Positions 18,525 to 28,893 are shown, numbered from the stretch's first letter. The stretch is DNA of 64,000 nt from Bradymonadia bacterium (GCA_046290225.1 JBKAGE010000003.1:33244-97243); one strand, 5' to 3'. Numbers and translations: made by a program. The notes: generated from the letters alone by a model not told the origin.

Positions 18525-21500
18525 TCAATCGAAGGTCTGCAGGGCCCGGAAGATCTCGGTGTAGATGTCGAGATCGACCACCTCGACGACGGAGCCCACG
18601 GCGCTGTCGACGATGTAGAGGTGATCGTCCAGGGGCAACCAGCTCATCTCCTGAGCCAGGCCGACGATGACAGAAGCTGATCGCGTGCTCCGCCCCGCCC
18701 GAGTCGTGAAGGTGAAGCTGGTCTCCACCATGTGAGGCAGGCGGCTCGTGGGCACGCCAGAGATGACGTCATCGCCCGCGCCGAGGTAGCCAAGCCGGAA
18801 CCGGAACCACTCGTTCTCGAAGACATCACCCAGGTAAGTACGCCCGTGGCGGCCTGCAGCGAGACGCTCCTCGTCTGCCACACACTCTCCGCCGAGGTTC
18901 ACGATCGAGTGGCGGTAGCCAGAGCGCGCCCCGGTGAGCAGCCACTGATCGTCGGCGACGCGTACACGGTACTGAATGAACTGCGCAGCACACTCGAAAG
19001 GCGGCACCTGAGTCACGGCGTCGAGGGTCTGCACACTCGAACGATCGTCTCGTGGGACCTGAGGCAAGTAGTCAGTGCGTGGATCCGGCTGCAGGACCAT
19101 CCTGTGCTCTCCGACCTCCACCACTCGATAACGCAAAGGCTCGGCAGAAAGCTGGGCGTACAGGTTGGCACACACCGGAATCTCTGCCGCGGCGTCATCT
19201 GCAGGCACCATCTGATCCACCAGCACCACATCGTTCACCTGTATGCCGCGATCACACAGGTCGACCTGGTAATCGAGCAGTGTCCAGGTCTCCGCCTCCG
19301 CCGTGGCGGGGTCGAGCGCCGAGAAGTAGGGCGGGCCATATTGCCCGGACCGGCTCTCAGTGCGTGGGAGCTCACCCTCGTAGGCCAGAGTGAAGTCGTC
19401 GGAGGGCACACGGCGAGGGTTCTCCTCAAGCACCTGAATGCCCTCGTACACATCGACACTGAACTGGGTGCGATCCCGGCTGCTCTGAAGGGCCTCTTCG
19501 GTCCCATCAGACTCGAAGCCGACGGGGGTGCACGGACCATTGGCGAGCAGGCTCGCGAGATCCCGGTCTGCTGAGGTCACCGGCTCCGCAGCGTCGAGCG
19601 TGGGATCCGGGCGGCAGAAAGTGGGGTGTCGCTGCCGCTCGTACCGGATCGCGGTCTCCTCCACCCGCAGCGTCGGAACGGTGGACACGAGGTTGGACAT
19701 GCCCTGAGCCGTCGTGGACACGTTGGCGAGATCTTCCAAAAGGCGTCGGGTGCCTCCAAGGATCATCAGCGGATCCCGGAAACCGCGATCCCGATCAGCG
19801 TCGGCGTTGTCGGGATCGAGAAGAGAGACCGTGACCCCGAGGGCGCCGTTTGCCGGGACCAGGCTGGTGAGCGCCTGACGATCAGCATCCGAGAGGGTTA
19901 CCTCAAGCTGGAAACTCTCTGGTGAGAGAGGCAGAGCCCGTGAGTCCACAGCCATGGTGAACAGCGGGTGGGCCTCACCTGATGCGGTGGTACAGCTTTC
20001 GAGATCGTCCACGGTGGGACAGCTGTTCTCGGCACCCTCGCGGAACACCTGCTCGTTGCAGTAGCTGACGCAGTAGGCCACGCCATCCTCGAGGACGTAG
20101 TACTGACCGTTGAGAGTGAAGTCGTCGGTCCGGCGCTGGTAGTTCTCCAGTCGGGCATAAATCGGACGACCGCTCTGATCCACCAACGGCGTGCGATCGG
20201 AGATCTCGACGCTGCGCAGCACACCACCACCGTCGAGGGTGAGCAGCGCGTCGGACTCACCTGGGATCTGGCGGGCCACCATCTGCTGCAGGTCGAGGCC
20301 AAAACGGAGCCGGCGCACACTGAGCGGGCCATCGAGCAAGGCAGCAGGATCACCGGGGAGCTCCACTCGATGGGGATCGCCCGTGGTGCGATCGAGGGCG
20401 TAGAGGAAATGACGCCTCTCACCATCCACCACGACCACCGGTGCCGTGAGCGCCGTGGGGCCAAGGCGCACAGCCTGCCCACCCTCATTGTCGTCGGAGG
20501 CTGCGTAGCAGTCAGGATCCGCGCTGCCATCAGGAGCGAAGTCGATCAATCCGTCGCCATCGTCGTCCACCCCGTTGGCGCACTCGGGGATCCGTTCGAT
20601 CCCAAAGCGCCGAGGCGCGTCGAAATCGCGACAGCCAGGATCCTCAGAGTCGGTGAGGCCGTCGCCGTCATTGTCGATCCCGTCTCGACAGGGCGCACCT
20701 TCAGCGACCTCTTCCGGGAGAGACAAGGGCGTAGGCGGGCAGCCCTCTGGAGGGGTCTCCGTCAGCGCGATGTTGCACTCAGGGGGCACATCACAGTCTT
20801 CATCGACCTGACCATCAGCGTCATTGTCGATGCCATCTGCACACGTAGAGACTTCACGACCCTCTTCCGTGGTGTCTGCCTCGTTGCGACAGTCCGGATC
20901 AGCGACATCGACGAGGCCATCACCATCGTTGTCGAGGCCATCTGCACACGCGGGGGTCGGGCGCTCCCAACGCACAGCCTCAGTGCAGTCGTCATCGATG
21001 GCGTCGACGAGGCCGTCACCATCGTTGTCCACATTGTCGAAGCACTCGTAGCGTTGCGGGCACTGAGCGCGGCTGGGCTCACCGGCGAGGGCTGCGGGTA
21101 CGCCTTCCCAGCCCAGACCCTGAGCACACTCAGGATCATCCGCGTCGATGGTGCCGTCGCCATCATTGTCGAGGCCATCAGCGCACAAGGCCGCCTCGGC
21201 CAGATCGGTGATCACGCTGGTGAGGTACCCGTCATTGCACTCTCCAGGAGCCAGCTGCACCGTCACCTGGCGAGAGAAATCGGTGCGATCGACCACGGTG
21301 ATCGAAGACGACTCCAGATGGGCGACGAAGAGGTAGAGCCCAGCCTCATCTGCGGCCAGTCGCCCAGGCAGAGCATCAGCGTCATCGAGCACCAGCGTGT
21401 CGATGATGACTGAGTCAGCTGTAGCCTCGGGATCAGCGAGGGCGTCGAGGTCGACGACGAGGACCTGCCCCTCGTGGGGGGCGGAGATGAAGGCCAGGGC

Positions 21501-22379
21501 CGGAGCCCTCCACCACTCTTCGGTGGGCATGGCCGTGGGCGACGGCGTCACCAGCGCCTCGAGGATCGGCGTGGTCAAACCCAGAGAGACTGTGTGCGAA
21601 GGCAGCAGGCGATCCTCAGTGATGACCGTGAGACTCGCCGTGGTGGAGTTTACGGTGAAGACAAAGCGCCCACGAGGATGCGTACCGATGTCGGAGATGA
21701 CGTCGTCGACAAAGATGGAGGTGTTCCCCGGGATCGTGCGGTCGACATCCTCAATGGCCGAATCGTCGCTGAGATCGATGAGGGCCACCTCTCCACGGCG
21801 GGCAGCAGAGACATAGGTCCGCAGCTCACCACCTCCGTCGGAGGCGCAGCGGATGGTCTGCGGACGAGGCGGCACGTCAGGACAACCATTTGCCGGGGTG
21901 CCCGCCCCTTCGGGCGTACGATCAGCGGGGATCCAGTCTCCGGTCTCGGGATCGGTGATCGGCGTGCAGTCCCAGTCCACCTGACACCCGCGCTCGTCGT
22001 TCACCGGCTGGCACTCGTCGGGGTTCACCTCGACGAAGTCCACATTGCGCAGGAACCGCTCCGCCTCGTCATTGGGATCTTCCGCGGGGACCACCTCGAT
22101 GGTCTGGCACGTACACGCCACACGGCCCAATGATCGGTAACCCGTCTGTAGAGGCCCTTCTTCAGTGAGGATCGCCCCCTCGGGATCAGGCACGATGCAC
22201 CCACAGCCCGAAACCGGCACCCCGCCCCCAGGGGCGAGGCACTGGAACGTGAGAGCTTGTGGATCATCGAGGCGAGTGCGAGAGGGCAAGGACGAATCCT
22301 GGCACCCTGCGGCGAGCAGCAGCCCACCGATCATCAGCACGTGGAGTGGGGCCCACCGAAGGCCGTGGGTCATGCTCAC
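18525..22379 (-). CDS. Large Cys/Asp-rich surface lipoprotein with beta-propeller-like segments and Ca-binding-type repeats
   Basis: Lipobox LAAGC, propeller-like strands (HPRGRFVFTVNS, YLFVAH, DDHLYIVDS) and six C-x-DG-x-DND-x-DG repeats. ATGA overlap with the upstream gene. Confidence 0.8.
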   Translation of the reverse strand: MSMTHGLRWAPLHVLMIGGLLLAAGCQDSSLPSRTRLDDPQALTFQCLAPGGGVPVSGCGCIVPDPEGAILTEEGPLQTGYRSLGRVACTCQTIEVVPAEDPNDEAERFLRNVDFVEVNPDECQPVNDERGCQVDWDCTPITDPETGDWIPADRTPEGAGTPANGCPDVPPRPQTIRCASDGGGELRTYVSAARRGEVALIDLSDDSAIEDVDRTIPGNTSIFVDDVISDIGTHPRGRFVFTVNSTTASLTVITEDRLLPSHTVSLGLTTPILEALVTPSPTAMPTEEWWRAPALAFISAPHEGQVLVVDLDALADPEATADSVIIDTLVLDDADALPGRLAADEAGLYLFVAHLESSSITVVDRTDFSRQVTVQLAPGECNDGYLTSVITDLAEAALCADGLDNDGDGTIDADDPECAQGLGWEGVPAALAGEPSRAQCPQRYECFDNVDNDGDGLVDAIDDDCTEAVRWERPTPACADGLDNDGDGLVDVADPDCRNEADTTEEGREVSTCADGIDNDADGQVDEDCDVPPECNIALTETPPEGCPPTPLSLPEEVAEGAPCRDGIDNDGDGLTDSEDPGCRDFDAPRRFGIERIPECANGVDDDGDGLIDFAPDGSADPDCYAASDDNEGGQAVRLGPTALTAPVVVVDGERRHFLYALDRTTGDPHRVELPGDPAALLDGPLSVRRLRFGLDLQQMVARQIPGESDALLTLDGGGVLRSVEISDRTPLVDQSGRPIYARLENYQRRTDDFTLNGQYYVLEDGVAYCVSYCNEQVFREGAENSCPTVDDLESCTTASGEAHPLFTMAVDSRALPLSPESFQLEVTLSDADRQALTSLVPANGALGVTVSLLDPDNADADRDRGFRDPLMILGGTRRLLEDLANVSTTAQGMSNLVSTVPTLRVEETAIRYERQRHPTFCRPDPTLDAAEPVTSADRDLASLLANGPCTPVGFESDGTEEALQSSRDRTQFSVDVYEGIQVLEENPRRVPSDDFTLAYEGELPRTESRSGQYGPPYFSALDPATAEAETWTLLDYQVDLCDRGIQVNDVVLVDQMVPADDAAAEIPVCANLYAQLSAEPLRYRVVEVGEHRMVLQPDPRTDYLPQVPRDDRSSVQTLDAVTQVPPFECAAQFIQYRVRVADDQWLLTGARSGYRHSIVNLGGECVADEERLAAGRHGRTYLGDVFENEWFRFRLGYLGAGDDVISGVPTSRLPHMVETSFTFTTRAGRSTRSASVIVGLAQEMSWLPLDDHLYIVDSAVGSVVEVVDLDIYTEIFRALQTFD
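20508..21186 (-). repeat. Six coding repeats of consensus CxDGxDNDGDGLxDxxDPxC
   Basis: CADGLDNDGDGTIDADDPEC, CFDNVDNDGDGLVDAIDDDC, CADGLDNDGDGLVDVADPDC, CADGIDNDADGQVDEDC, CRDGIDNDGDGLTDSEDPGC, CANGVDDDGDGLIDFAPDGSADPDC. Confidence 0.9.
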
Positions 22380-23716
22380 TGCAAGCTCGCTTTCACGGTG
22401 AATCGATCCGCAGAGTCGGGATCGACATCGACCACCATCATCCGGCTCTCTTGAAAGGCCCCCACATAGGCCATCAGGCGGCCATCTGCGTCAGGCAGAA
22501 ATGAGATCTCGTGGGGCCCGCGGTCCACGGGGATACGGGCCACCACCGAGAGCGTCGTGGGATCCACCACCACCACCAGGTCGTCGGTGAAGGAGGAGAT
22601 GTACACCAGGCCCTCACCACGGGCGTCGACGATCTCGTCGATCAACCCCTGAGTACGACCACCTGCCGGACGGACCTCCGGGCTGCTTCCACCGCGCAAG
22701 CCTGCCACCCGAACGACATTGGGCCCCGTACCGAGGGGGATCGCTGCGACGAGTCGGTTTCTCGGCTGGCCAAAGCGATCCACGGAGGTGTCGTACACCC
22801 TCAAGGCCCCTTCGGTGGCGCTGGCGACGTACATCAGCGTGCCATCAGCGCTGAAGGCGATCCCCCGGGTTCGACCCCCCGTGATGGTGTCGTCCAGACC
22901 AATGACGTCGCGAATCTCCATGCGACACACATCGCGACTGGTGAACCCGCGGCGACCCCGGTCCAGGGGATCCAGAGTCTCCACCGAGTGCATCGCCTGA
23001 CCGAATCGATCAGTGACGTACGCCCAGCCGAGCGTCGGGTGTCGAGCCACGGAGCTGGCCCCGTTGGGCAGCGTCACGGTGCAGTCGCCCACGGGGGTGC
23101 CATCCTCGGTAAAGTGCCATCGAGAGAGCACACCTCGCTCGAGGTGGGTCATGTAGAGCCCCTCAGCGTCGAGGGACAAACCGTAGGGATCTCCGGAGAG
23201 TCGATCCGACTGGTTCATCCCCAACATACGCTCGATGCTCGCCCCTGCCCCACAGGTCGTGTCGGACCCTTGATCGCATTGAAGGTGATCTTGTGCATCC
23301 CCCGCCTCGGCATCTACCTGGATGACCACCAGCCGATCGTCATCTCGGGTGGGCACCAGCAACTGCACGGTGTCGTCGGCAGTGCGATGCACCGAGATCT
23401 CCCCAGCGAAGAGGCCGATCCGCACCGTGGCGTTCTCCAGGATGCGCCGCTCGAAGGTGTCATACACCGTCACCGTGCCGGCGTTGTAGCGCCGATCGAA
23501 GCCGGAGTTGGCCACGTAGAGGTATCGCCCGTCCGGGTGGGCGGCGATGCCCAAGGGGAAATAGAGCGCGTCCACCAGGGGTGGATCCCCTGTCGTCTCG
23601 GTGCCACACCCGCCAGAGAAGAGCGCAACGGACATGAGGCCCGCGGCACAGCAGGCGGTCACGGACCGCGCCGTCATCTGACGGACCACCGAAGCAAAAC
23701 TCGAAGCGATACTCAA
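22376..23716 (-). CDS. YncE/YVTN-like beta-propeller lipoprotein
   Basis: Lipobox FSGGC and blades HPDGRYLYVANS, IAFSADGTLMYVAS, VVARIPVDRGPHEI. RBS AGGAG before TTG 23716, which overlaps the ppdK stop. Confidence 0.8.
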   Translation of the reverse strand: MSIASSFASVVRQMTARSVTACCAAGLMSVALFSGGCGTETTGDPPLVDALYFPLGIAAHPDGRYLYVANSGFDRRYNAGTVTVYDTFERRILENATVRIGLFAGEISVHRTADDTVQLLVPTRDDDRLVVIQVDAEAGDAQDHLQCDQGSDTTCGAGASIERMLGMNQSDRLSGDPYGLSLDAEGLYMTHLERGVLSRWHFTEDGTPVGDCTVTLPNGASSVARHPTLGWAYVTDRFGQAMHSVETLDPLDRGRRGFTSRDVCRMEIRDVIGLDDTITGGRTRGIAFSADGTLMYVASATEGALRVYDTSVDRFGQPRNRLVAAIPLGTGPNVVRVAGLRGGSSPEVRPAGGRTQGLIDEIVDARGEGLVYISSFTDDLVVVVDPTTLSVVARIPVDRGPHEISFLPDADGRLMAYVGAFQESRMMVVDVDPDSADRFTVKASLQ

Positions 23717-26376
23717 AGAGATGCTCCTGTGGGGGGATCGTGCAGGACCGCCGCCTGAGCAGAGGCGAGGCGGGCCTGGGGAATCTGATGAGGCGGACAG
23801 CAGATGAAGTCCACCCCATGACGCTCGATCCAGCGGATCGAGTCGGGATCGCTCGTCTGCTCCCCGGCAATGCCGAAGCGCACCTCCGGGGTGCTCGCCC
23901 GAGCCTTGGCGATGGCCAGCTCGATGAGCGGCCCCACCCCCTCTTCGTCGAGGGAGATGAAGGGATCGTGCTTGAGCACCTCGCGCTCGAGATAGAACGG
24001 CAAAAAGCCCGCCCCATCATCCCGGCTGAAGCCAAAAGTGCTCACAGTGAGATCATTGGCGCCGAAGAGCAGGAAGTCTGCGGACCTGGCCAGCTCGCCG
24101 GCGATGAGGCACGCACGGGGCAGCTCCACCATCACGCCCACCTCGAGAGGGATAAGCGGCACCTCCCGAGCAGCGCACAGGGTCTTGACCACGCGCTCCA
24201 AGCGGCGGCGGATCCGCACCAGCTCGGGTACGGCCACCACCACGGGGATCACCACCTGAATCGGGGCGGTGCGGTTGAGCTCGATGGCCGCTTCCACCAT
24301 GGCCCGCCCTTGAACCTCATACACCTCGGGGAACAGCAACCCCAGACGCACCCCTCGGTGTCCGAGGGCGGGGTTGTCCACGTTGAGCTGCCGTACACGG
24401 GCTTCGAGGACCTCCACCGGCAGCTTGAGCTGCTTCGAGAGGGCCTCGAGCTGGGCCATCGTCGTGGGCAGGAAGTCGTTCAGAGGCAGATCGAGCAACC
24501 GGATGATCACCGGCTTGTCCGCCGTGCACGCGAAGATGGAGGCGAAGTCGTCTCGTTGAGCGGGCAAAATGCGGTCGAGGGCTGCGCGGCGACCACCCTG
24601 GCTCTCCGCGAGCACCATCTCGTGGAGCAGGGCCACCCGGGCAGGATCGAGGAACATGGGCTCTGTGCGACACAGCCCGATGCCCCCTGCCCCTTCAGAG
24701 ATGATCTCTGGCGCATCGGCGGTGCGATCGAGGGTGCCCATCACATCGAGCCGTCGCCGCTCGTCGGCCCACCGCATCAGGGTGCCGTACGCCGCAGGCA
24801 GCTCCGCAGGTGTGGTGGCCGCGCGACCAAGGATGACCTCGCCCGTGGTGCCGTCGAGGGTGATCCAGGTGCCCTCAGAGACCACAAGGCCCTGACTGCG
24901 CACCGTGAAGCGACTGCCGCGCTCGTTCACCACGATGTCTGCACAGCCAGCCACACAGCAGACCCCCATGCTCCGCGCCACCAGCGCCGCATGACTGGTC
25001 ATCCCGCCCCGGGCGGTGAGCACACCTGCTGAGGCCCGCATGGCCACCAGATCTTCGGTGGAGGTCTCTACCCGCACCAGAATGACCGGTGTTCCGGACT
25101 TGGATTTCTCCACAGCCCGCTCGGGATCGAAGACCACCACCCCGGACACTGCGCCCGGGCTCGCCGGTACACCTCGCCCGAGGATGCGACGTCGGGCGTC
25201 CACGTCGACGCAGGGGTGGAGCAGTCGACTGATCTGCGCAGGCTCCACCCGCATGAGGGCCTCGTCCCGGGAGATCAACCCCTCTTCCACCAGCTCCACA
25301 GCGGTGACCACCGCCGCCCGAGCACTCAACTTGGCGCTGCGCGTCTGCAGCAGCCAAAGCTTGCCCTGCTCCACGGTGAACTCGATGTCCTGTACATCGG
25401 CGAAGTGGCGCTCGAGGGTCCCTGCCAATCGCTGAAGATCTGCATGAACCTCAGGCATCGTCACCGCCAGAGTCAGCTCGGGCGGGGTCACCTCATCAGG
25501 TTCGATCAGGTGAGGGGTGTGTCGACCACTCACCACATCCTCACCCTGGGCGTTGGGCAGGAACTCGCCGATCATGCTGCGGGCCCCGGTGTTGGGATCC
25601 CGAGTGAACAACACGCCCGTGCCCGAAGCCTCGGCGAGGTTGCCGAAGACCATGGCTTGCACGGTCACGGCGGTACCGGGCCGCTCTGGGATGGCGTACT
25701 GCCGCCGAAACTGCAGCGCTCGGCGGCTGTCCCAGGAAGACAGTACGCCCGCCACCGCACCGCGGAGCTGCGCCACTGGATCTTGAGGGAAAGGCTCGCC
25801 GGTCTCTTCCTCTACTCTGACCAGGTAGGCGCGCACGAGGCCCATAAGCAGCGGTTCGGGGAGCGCTTGTACCGAAGGCACAGCTGCAGCCTCGACCACC
25901 CCCTCACGGACGTGAGCCAAAATGGTGGGATCGAGGCCGATCACCGTCTCGGCGTACATCTCGACGAACCGCCGATAACAATCGTGTGCCGCTCGAGTGC
26001 CGATGGACTGGCCGAGGCCGTACACGGTGTGATCGTTGAGGCCCACGTTGAGCACAGTGTCCATCATGCCGGGCATGGAGATGGCCGCGCCCGATCGGAC
26101 CGAGACCAGAAGGGGCGCAGTGGGATCACCGAACTGCAAACCCCGAGCTGCCTCGATGTGACCGACGCCAGACTCGAGGAGCGCGTCGAGCTCGCCAGGC
26201 AGCTGGCTGCCGCCGTCATGAAACGCATCACACAGAGTGGTGGGCAAAGTGAAACCCGGCGGGACAGGGACCCCGATCCGGCTCATGGCCGCGAGGCCAG
26301 CCCCTTTGCCGCCGAGCACCGACACCATGTCGGCGCTGCCCTCTGCGGTGCCGTCGCCGAAGGTGTAGATCCGCAT
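23713..26376 (-). CDS. ppdK: Pyruvate, phosphate dikinase homolog (C-terminal PEP/pyruvate domain divergent)
   Basis: GGKGAGL, LLVSVRSGAAISMPGMMDTVLN, AQGEDVVSG, QDIEFT, LQTR, phospho-His GGMTSHAA, GIGLCRTE. Full length, 887 aa. Confidence 0.9.
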   Translation of the reverse strand: MRIYTFGDGTAEGSADMVSVLGGKGAGLAAMSRIGVPVPPGFTLPTTLCDAFHDGGSQLPGELDALLESGVGHIEAARGLQFGDPTAPLLVSVRSGAAISMPGMMDTVLNVGLNDHTVYGLGQSIGTRAAHDCYRRFVEMYAETVIGLDPTILAHVREGVVEAAAVPSVQALPEPLLMGLVRAYLVRVEEETGEPFPQDPVAQLRGAVAGVLSSWDSRRALQFRRQYAIPERPGTAVTVQAMVFGNLAEASGTGVLFTRDPNTGARSMIGEFLPNAQGEDVVSGRHTPHLIEPDEVTPPELTLAVTMPEVHADLQRLAGTLERHFADVQDIEFTVEQGKLWLLQTRSAKLSARAAVVTAVELVEEGLISRDEALMRVEPAQISRLLHPCVDVDARRRILGRGVPASPGAVSGVVVFDPERAVEKSKSGTPVILVRVETSTEDLVAMRASAGVLTARGGMTSHAALVARSMGVCCVAGCADIVVNERGSRFTVRSQGLVVSEGTWITLDGTTGEVILGRAATTPAELPAAYGTLMRWADERRRLDVMGTLDRTADAPEIISEGAGGIGLCRTEPMFLDPARVALLHEMVLAESQGGRRAALDRILPAQRDDFASIFACTADKPVIIRLLDLPLNDFLPTTMAQLEALSKQLKLPVEVLEARVRQLNVDNPALGHRGVRLGLLFPEVYEVQGRAMVEAAIELNRTAPIQVVIPVVVAVPELVRIRRRLERVVKTLCAAREVPLIPLEVGVMVELPRACLIAGELARSADFLLFGANDLTVSTFGFSRDDGAGFLPFYLEREVLKHDPFISLDEEGVGPLIELAIAKARASTPEVRFGIAGEQTSDPDSIRWIERHGVDFICCPPHQIPQARLASAQAAVLHDPPTGASL

Positions 26377-26565
26377 GCTCTCCCACGGTTCAAGGCTATG
26401 AAGAGTCGTCTTCTAACCGACCCACCAAGGCAGGGGCAAGCATGTGATGCCCTTGGGCCCTCGGATATTCCGGAGAACATGCTCCAAATCACCGCGAGAG
26501 CAAAAACTGGCGTGATACAGGCTTTGCCCCGAAGATGGACCCACATGTAGACCCTAGGAGCACAC

Positions 26566-27612
26566 ATGCCTTCATCAAGCCTCCTCACGCGCCCCTTGTG
26601 CTGGCTCTTGTCGGCGAGCGTGTGCATCGCATGTGGCGACGGCAAGCACATCGACGGTCTCCAGGATCCTGGCCCCGGCGAGATGAGCACCTCTGATGGT
26701 GATCTCGTCTTCTCCGAGCCTGATGATCTCGTCTCGGATACAGTTTCTGGTGGCGCCCTCTCGGTAGACGATGTGTGGTCTGAGGGTCTGCCTCTGGCCA
26801 TCGATGGCCTTCAGTGGCGCGAGCCCGACGTGTTGTCGTGTCTGATTTCCATCGTCGATCCTGACATCTCCAACCCCAGCTCCACCCTCGAGAAGGCTGA
26901 CTACGCCTTTGCCGAGAACGAGGTCGAGTTGGGTCGAGAGGCGATCTTCGAGATCGGGGCCCTGGAGGCCCTCGACGTGGTGCTCGTCTTGGATCTTTCG
27001 AGATCGATGGTGGCCGGTGAGGTGGTTCGGGCGCTCAAGTCCGGCGCTCTGGGCTTCGTCGAAGCGCTCCCCGAAGCGTCTCAGGTCTCGGTGGTGCAGT
27101 TTGCCTCAGAGCACGCTCTGGCCCAGGATTTCTCCGCCGATCGAGAGGTACTCGAGGACGCCATCGACGCGCTGAAGACTCCAGAGGGCCGCTCTGGCCA
27201 GTTCACCAACCTCTGGGGCGCCGTGCTTCGTGCCGGGCGCGCACTCTCCGCGCGAGATGCGAACGCAGGCAAGGCCGTGGTCGTGTTCACTGACGGACTG
27301 GACAACGTCGCCGAGATCTCGGAAGAGGCCGCCGTCTCCATGCTGCGGGACAACGGCATCATGACGTATGTGGTGAGCGTGGGAGAGCAGCCAGCGCCTC
27401 AGGCTCTGTCCGATCTCGCGGGATCCCGACGCAACTTCGTTGCCGAGGATGCTTCGAAGCTCCCTGAGCGGTTCACCCAGGTGGCCCACCTCTTGAGCCA
27501 TGTGGTCAAGCTCACCTATGAGACCCCGAAGAAGTCGGGCGCTCACACGCTCCACGTGGACATCGACACCGGAAGGGATTCTGGTGGCTTCGCGCTGAAG
27601 TTCGAGCGGTGA
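26566..27612 (+). CDS. VWA-domain lipoprotein
   Basis: Lipobox CIAC. MIDAS DLSRS...T(NL)...FTDG and C-terminal beta-sandwich-like strands. Confidence 0.85.
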   Translation: MPSSSLLTRPLCWLLSASVCIACGDGKHIDGLQDPGPGEMSTSDGDLVFSEPDDLVSDTVSGGALSVDDVWSEGLPLAIDGLQWREPDVLSCLISIVDPDISNPSSTLEKADYAFAENEVELGREAIFEIGALEALDVVLVLDLSRSMVAGEVVRALKSGALGFVEALPEASQVSVVQFASEHALAQDFSADREVLEDAIDALKTPEGRSGQFTNLWGAVLRAGRALSARDANAGKAVVVFTDGLDNVAEISEEAAVSMLRDNGIMTYVVSVGEQPAPQALSDLAGSRRNFVAEDASKLPERFTQVAHLLSHVVKLTYETPKKSGAHTLHVDIDTGRDSGGFALKFER

Positions 27613-27621
27613 GCGAAGGCG

Positions 27622-28176
27622 CTACTCTTCTTCTTTGTTCTTACGCGACTTACGACGCTTCATCTTCACCGAAGCTTTGACATCAGGCTTCACCGGTGGG
27701 CCACCCTCCCCCTTGGCCGCCTTGTCATTGGGCACAAACCTGATCTCCGTGCTCACCTCAAAGGAGACGCTGGTGAGCACTTTGGTGAGGGCGTCCACGA
27801 GATCGACGTGATCGAGGAAGTCGCGGACTTCCTGGGACACCATGCGGAACAGCTCATCTTTGTAGTCGTCGAGTCGACCGGTGAGCTTGTCGATCGTCTC
27901 CTTGGGCAGGGGCAGATCTTCGCCGAACCGCCGGATGCGGTCCTCGGTGGAGTCCACCACTTCACTGCCCACATTGATCGCCCGACGCACCACCTCGGCG
28001 ACGACGGTCTCGCGAATCTGCTCGTTGTTGAGCGCCTCGGCGCCCTGGTTCAGGGCTCGACGCACCACTTCGGGCAGGATCCCGTCGAAACGCCCCTTCT
28101 TGGGGCCTCCCTTTTTGTCGTTTGATTCAGGATCTATGGGCTCAGTGCCCTCAGGCTTCTCTTCATCTTGGGACAT
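27622..28176 (-). CDS. Hypothetical protein (helical, basic C-terminus)
   Basis: Coding-like GC3 bias; starts 3 bp after the upstream gene stop. EVRDFL...KVLTSVSFEVSTEIRFVPN resembles myxobacterial hypotheticals (from recall). Confidence 0.75.
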   Translation of the reverse strand: MSQDEEKPEGTEPIDPESNDKKGGPKKGRFDGILPEVVRRALNQGAEALNNEQIRETVVAEVVRRAINVGSEVVDSTEDRIRRFGEDLPLPKETIDKLTGRLDDYKDELFRMVSQEVRDFLDHVDLVDALTKVLTSVSFEVSTEIRFVPNDKAAKGEGGPPVKPDVKASVKMKRRKSRKNKEEE

Positions 28177-28179
28177 GCA

Positions 28180-28893
28180 TCACCGTGCGCCACTGGCAGG
28201 AGCGAGCGGGCTGCCCTCAGGCATGAGATCGACAGACAGCTCGGAAAATGATCGAGCGAGGGTGCGCTGCCCCGTTCGCCCGGCGAGATTTGATAGCCAC
28301 CACCACAGGCTGGCGTCTGCGGCGCCCAAGGCTCCGGCAGCGGTGAGCGCTTCCCACGCCTGCGGGCCCTGGCCGAGGGCCGCGAGGGCGCGCCCACGGG
28401 CCCACATCAGGCGGCCCCGGGTCGCCGCGCTCAACTTGGGGTCAGAGAGGGCCTGGCCCGCCATGTGAGCAGCGGTCCGCCACCGGCCCTCCTCGAGGGT
28501 GGCCTCGATGGCGGCGAGGTCGACCCCCGCCTGCCCCTTGTCTTGACGCATGGCCTGGGCGATGCGGGCCACGTCGGCCGATGCGGGAGCGCCACCTTCG
28601 TCGGAGGCCACTACGGAGAGGGCCTCTCTCTGAGCTGCGGCAGGCTTCTCGGCCAACAAGCTCGACACCGCCAGACGGTGGCGGAGAGCCAAATCAGCTG
28701 GCTTGTGCTTCGCCGCTTTGGCATAGCCCGTTCGCGCTTCGCCATATCGACGGTCAGCGAAGGCCTCGTCTGGGCTCACTGCAGGTGCCACAGAGGTCTG
28801 GGCTGCCCCCTTCTGCGGATCCCCCGCGGGTGGGGCAGCAAGACTCACATCGGCCACGAGGGCCGCCACCACTCCGAGCATCAGCCCACGCAT
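28180..28893 (-). CDS. Secreted TPR-like protein
   Basis: GGAGG RBS and TGATG overlap with the upstream stop. Signal peptide ending SLA-A, Ala-rich TPR-like helices. Confidence 0.65.
   Translation of the reverse strand: MRGLMLGVVAALVADVSLAAPPAGDPQKGAAQTSVAPAVSPDEAFADRRYGEARTGYAKAAKHKPADLALRHRLAVSSLLAEKPAAAQREALSVVASDEGGAPASADVARIAQAMRQDKGQAGVDLAAIEATLEEGRWRTAAHMAGQALSDPKLSAATRGRLMWARGRALAALGQGPQAWEALTAAGALGAADASLWWWLSNLAGRTGQRTLARSFSELSVDLMPEGSPLAPASGAR

Noticed and set aside
18525..22379. TraA/TraB kin-recognition pair
   Set aside because: No PA14-like domain, MYXO-CTERM tail or OmpA domain recognised; both proteins are lipoproteins.
26566..27612. Gliding adhesin CglB
   Set aside because: VWA lipoprotein, but Cys-poor and with no glt/agl genes nearby, so the name cannot be supported.
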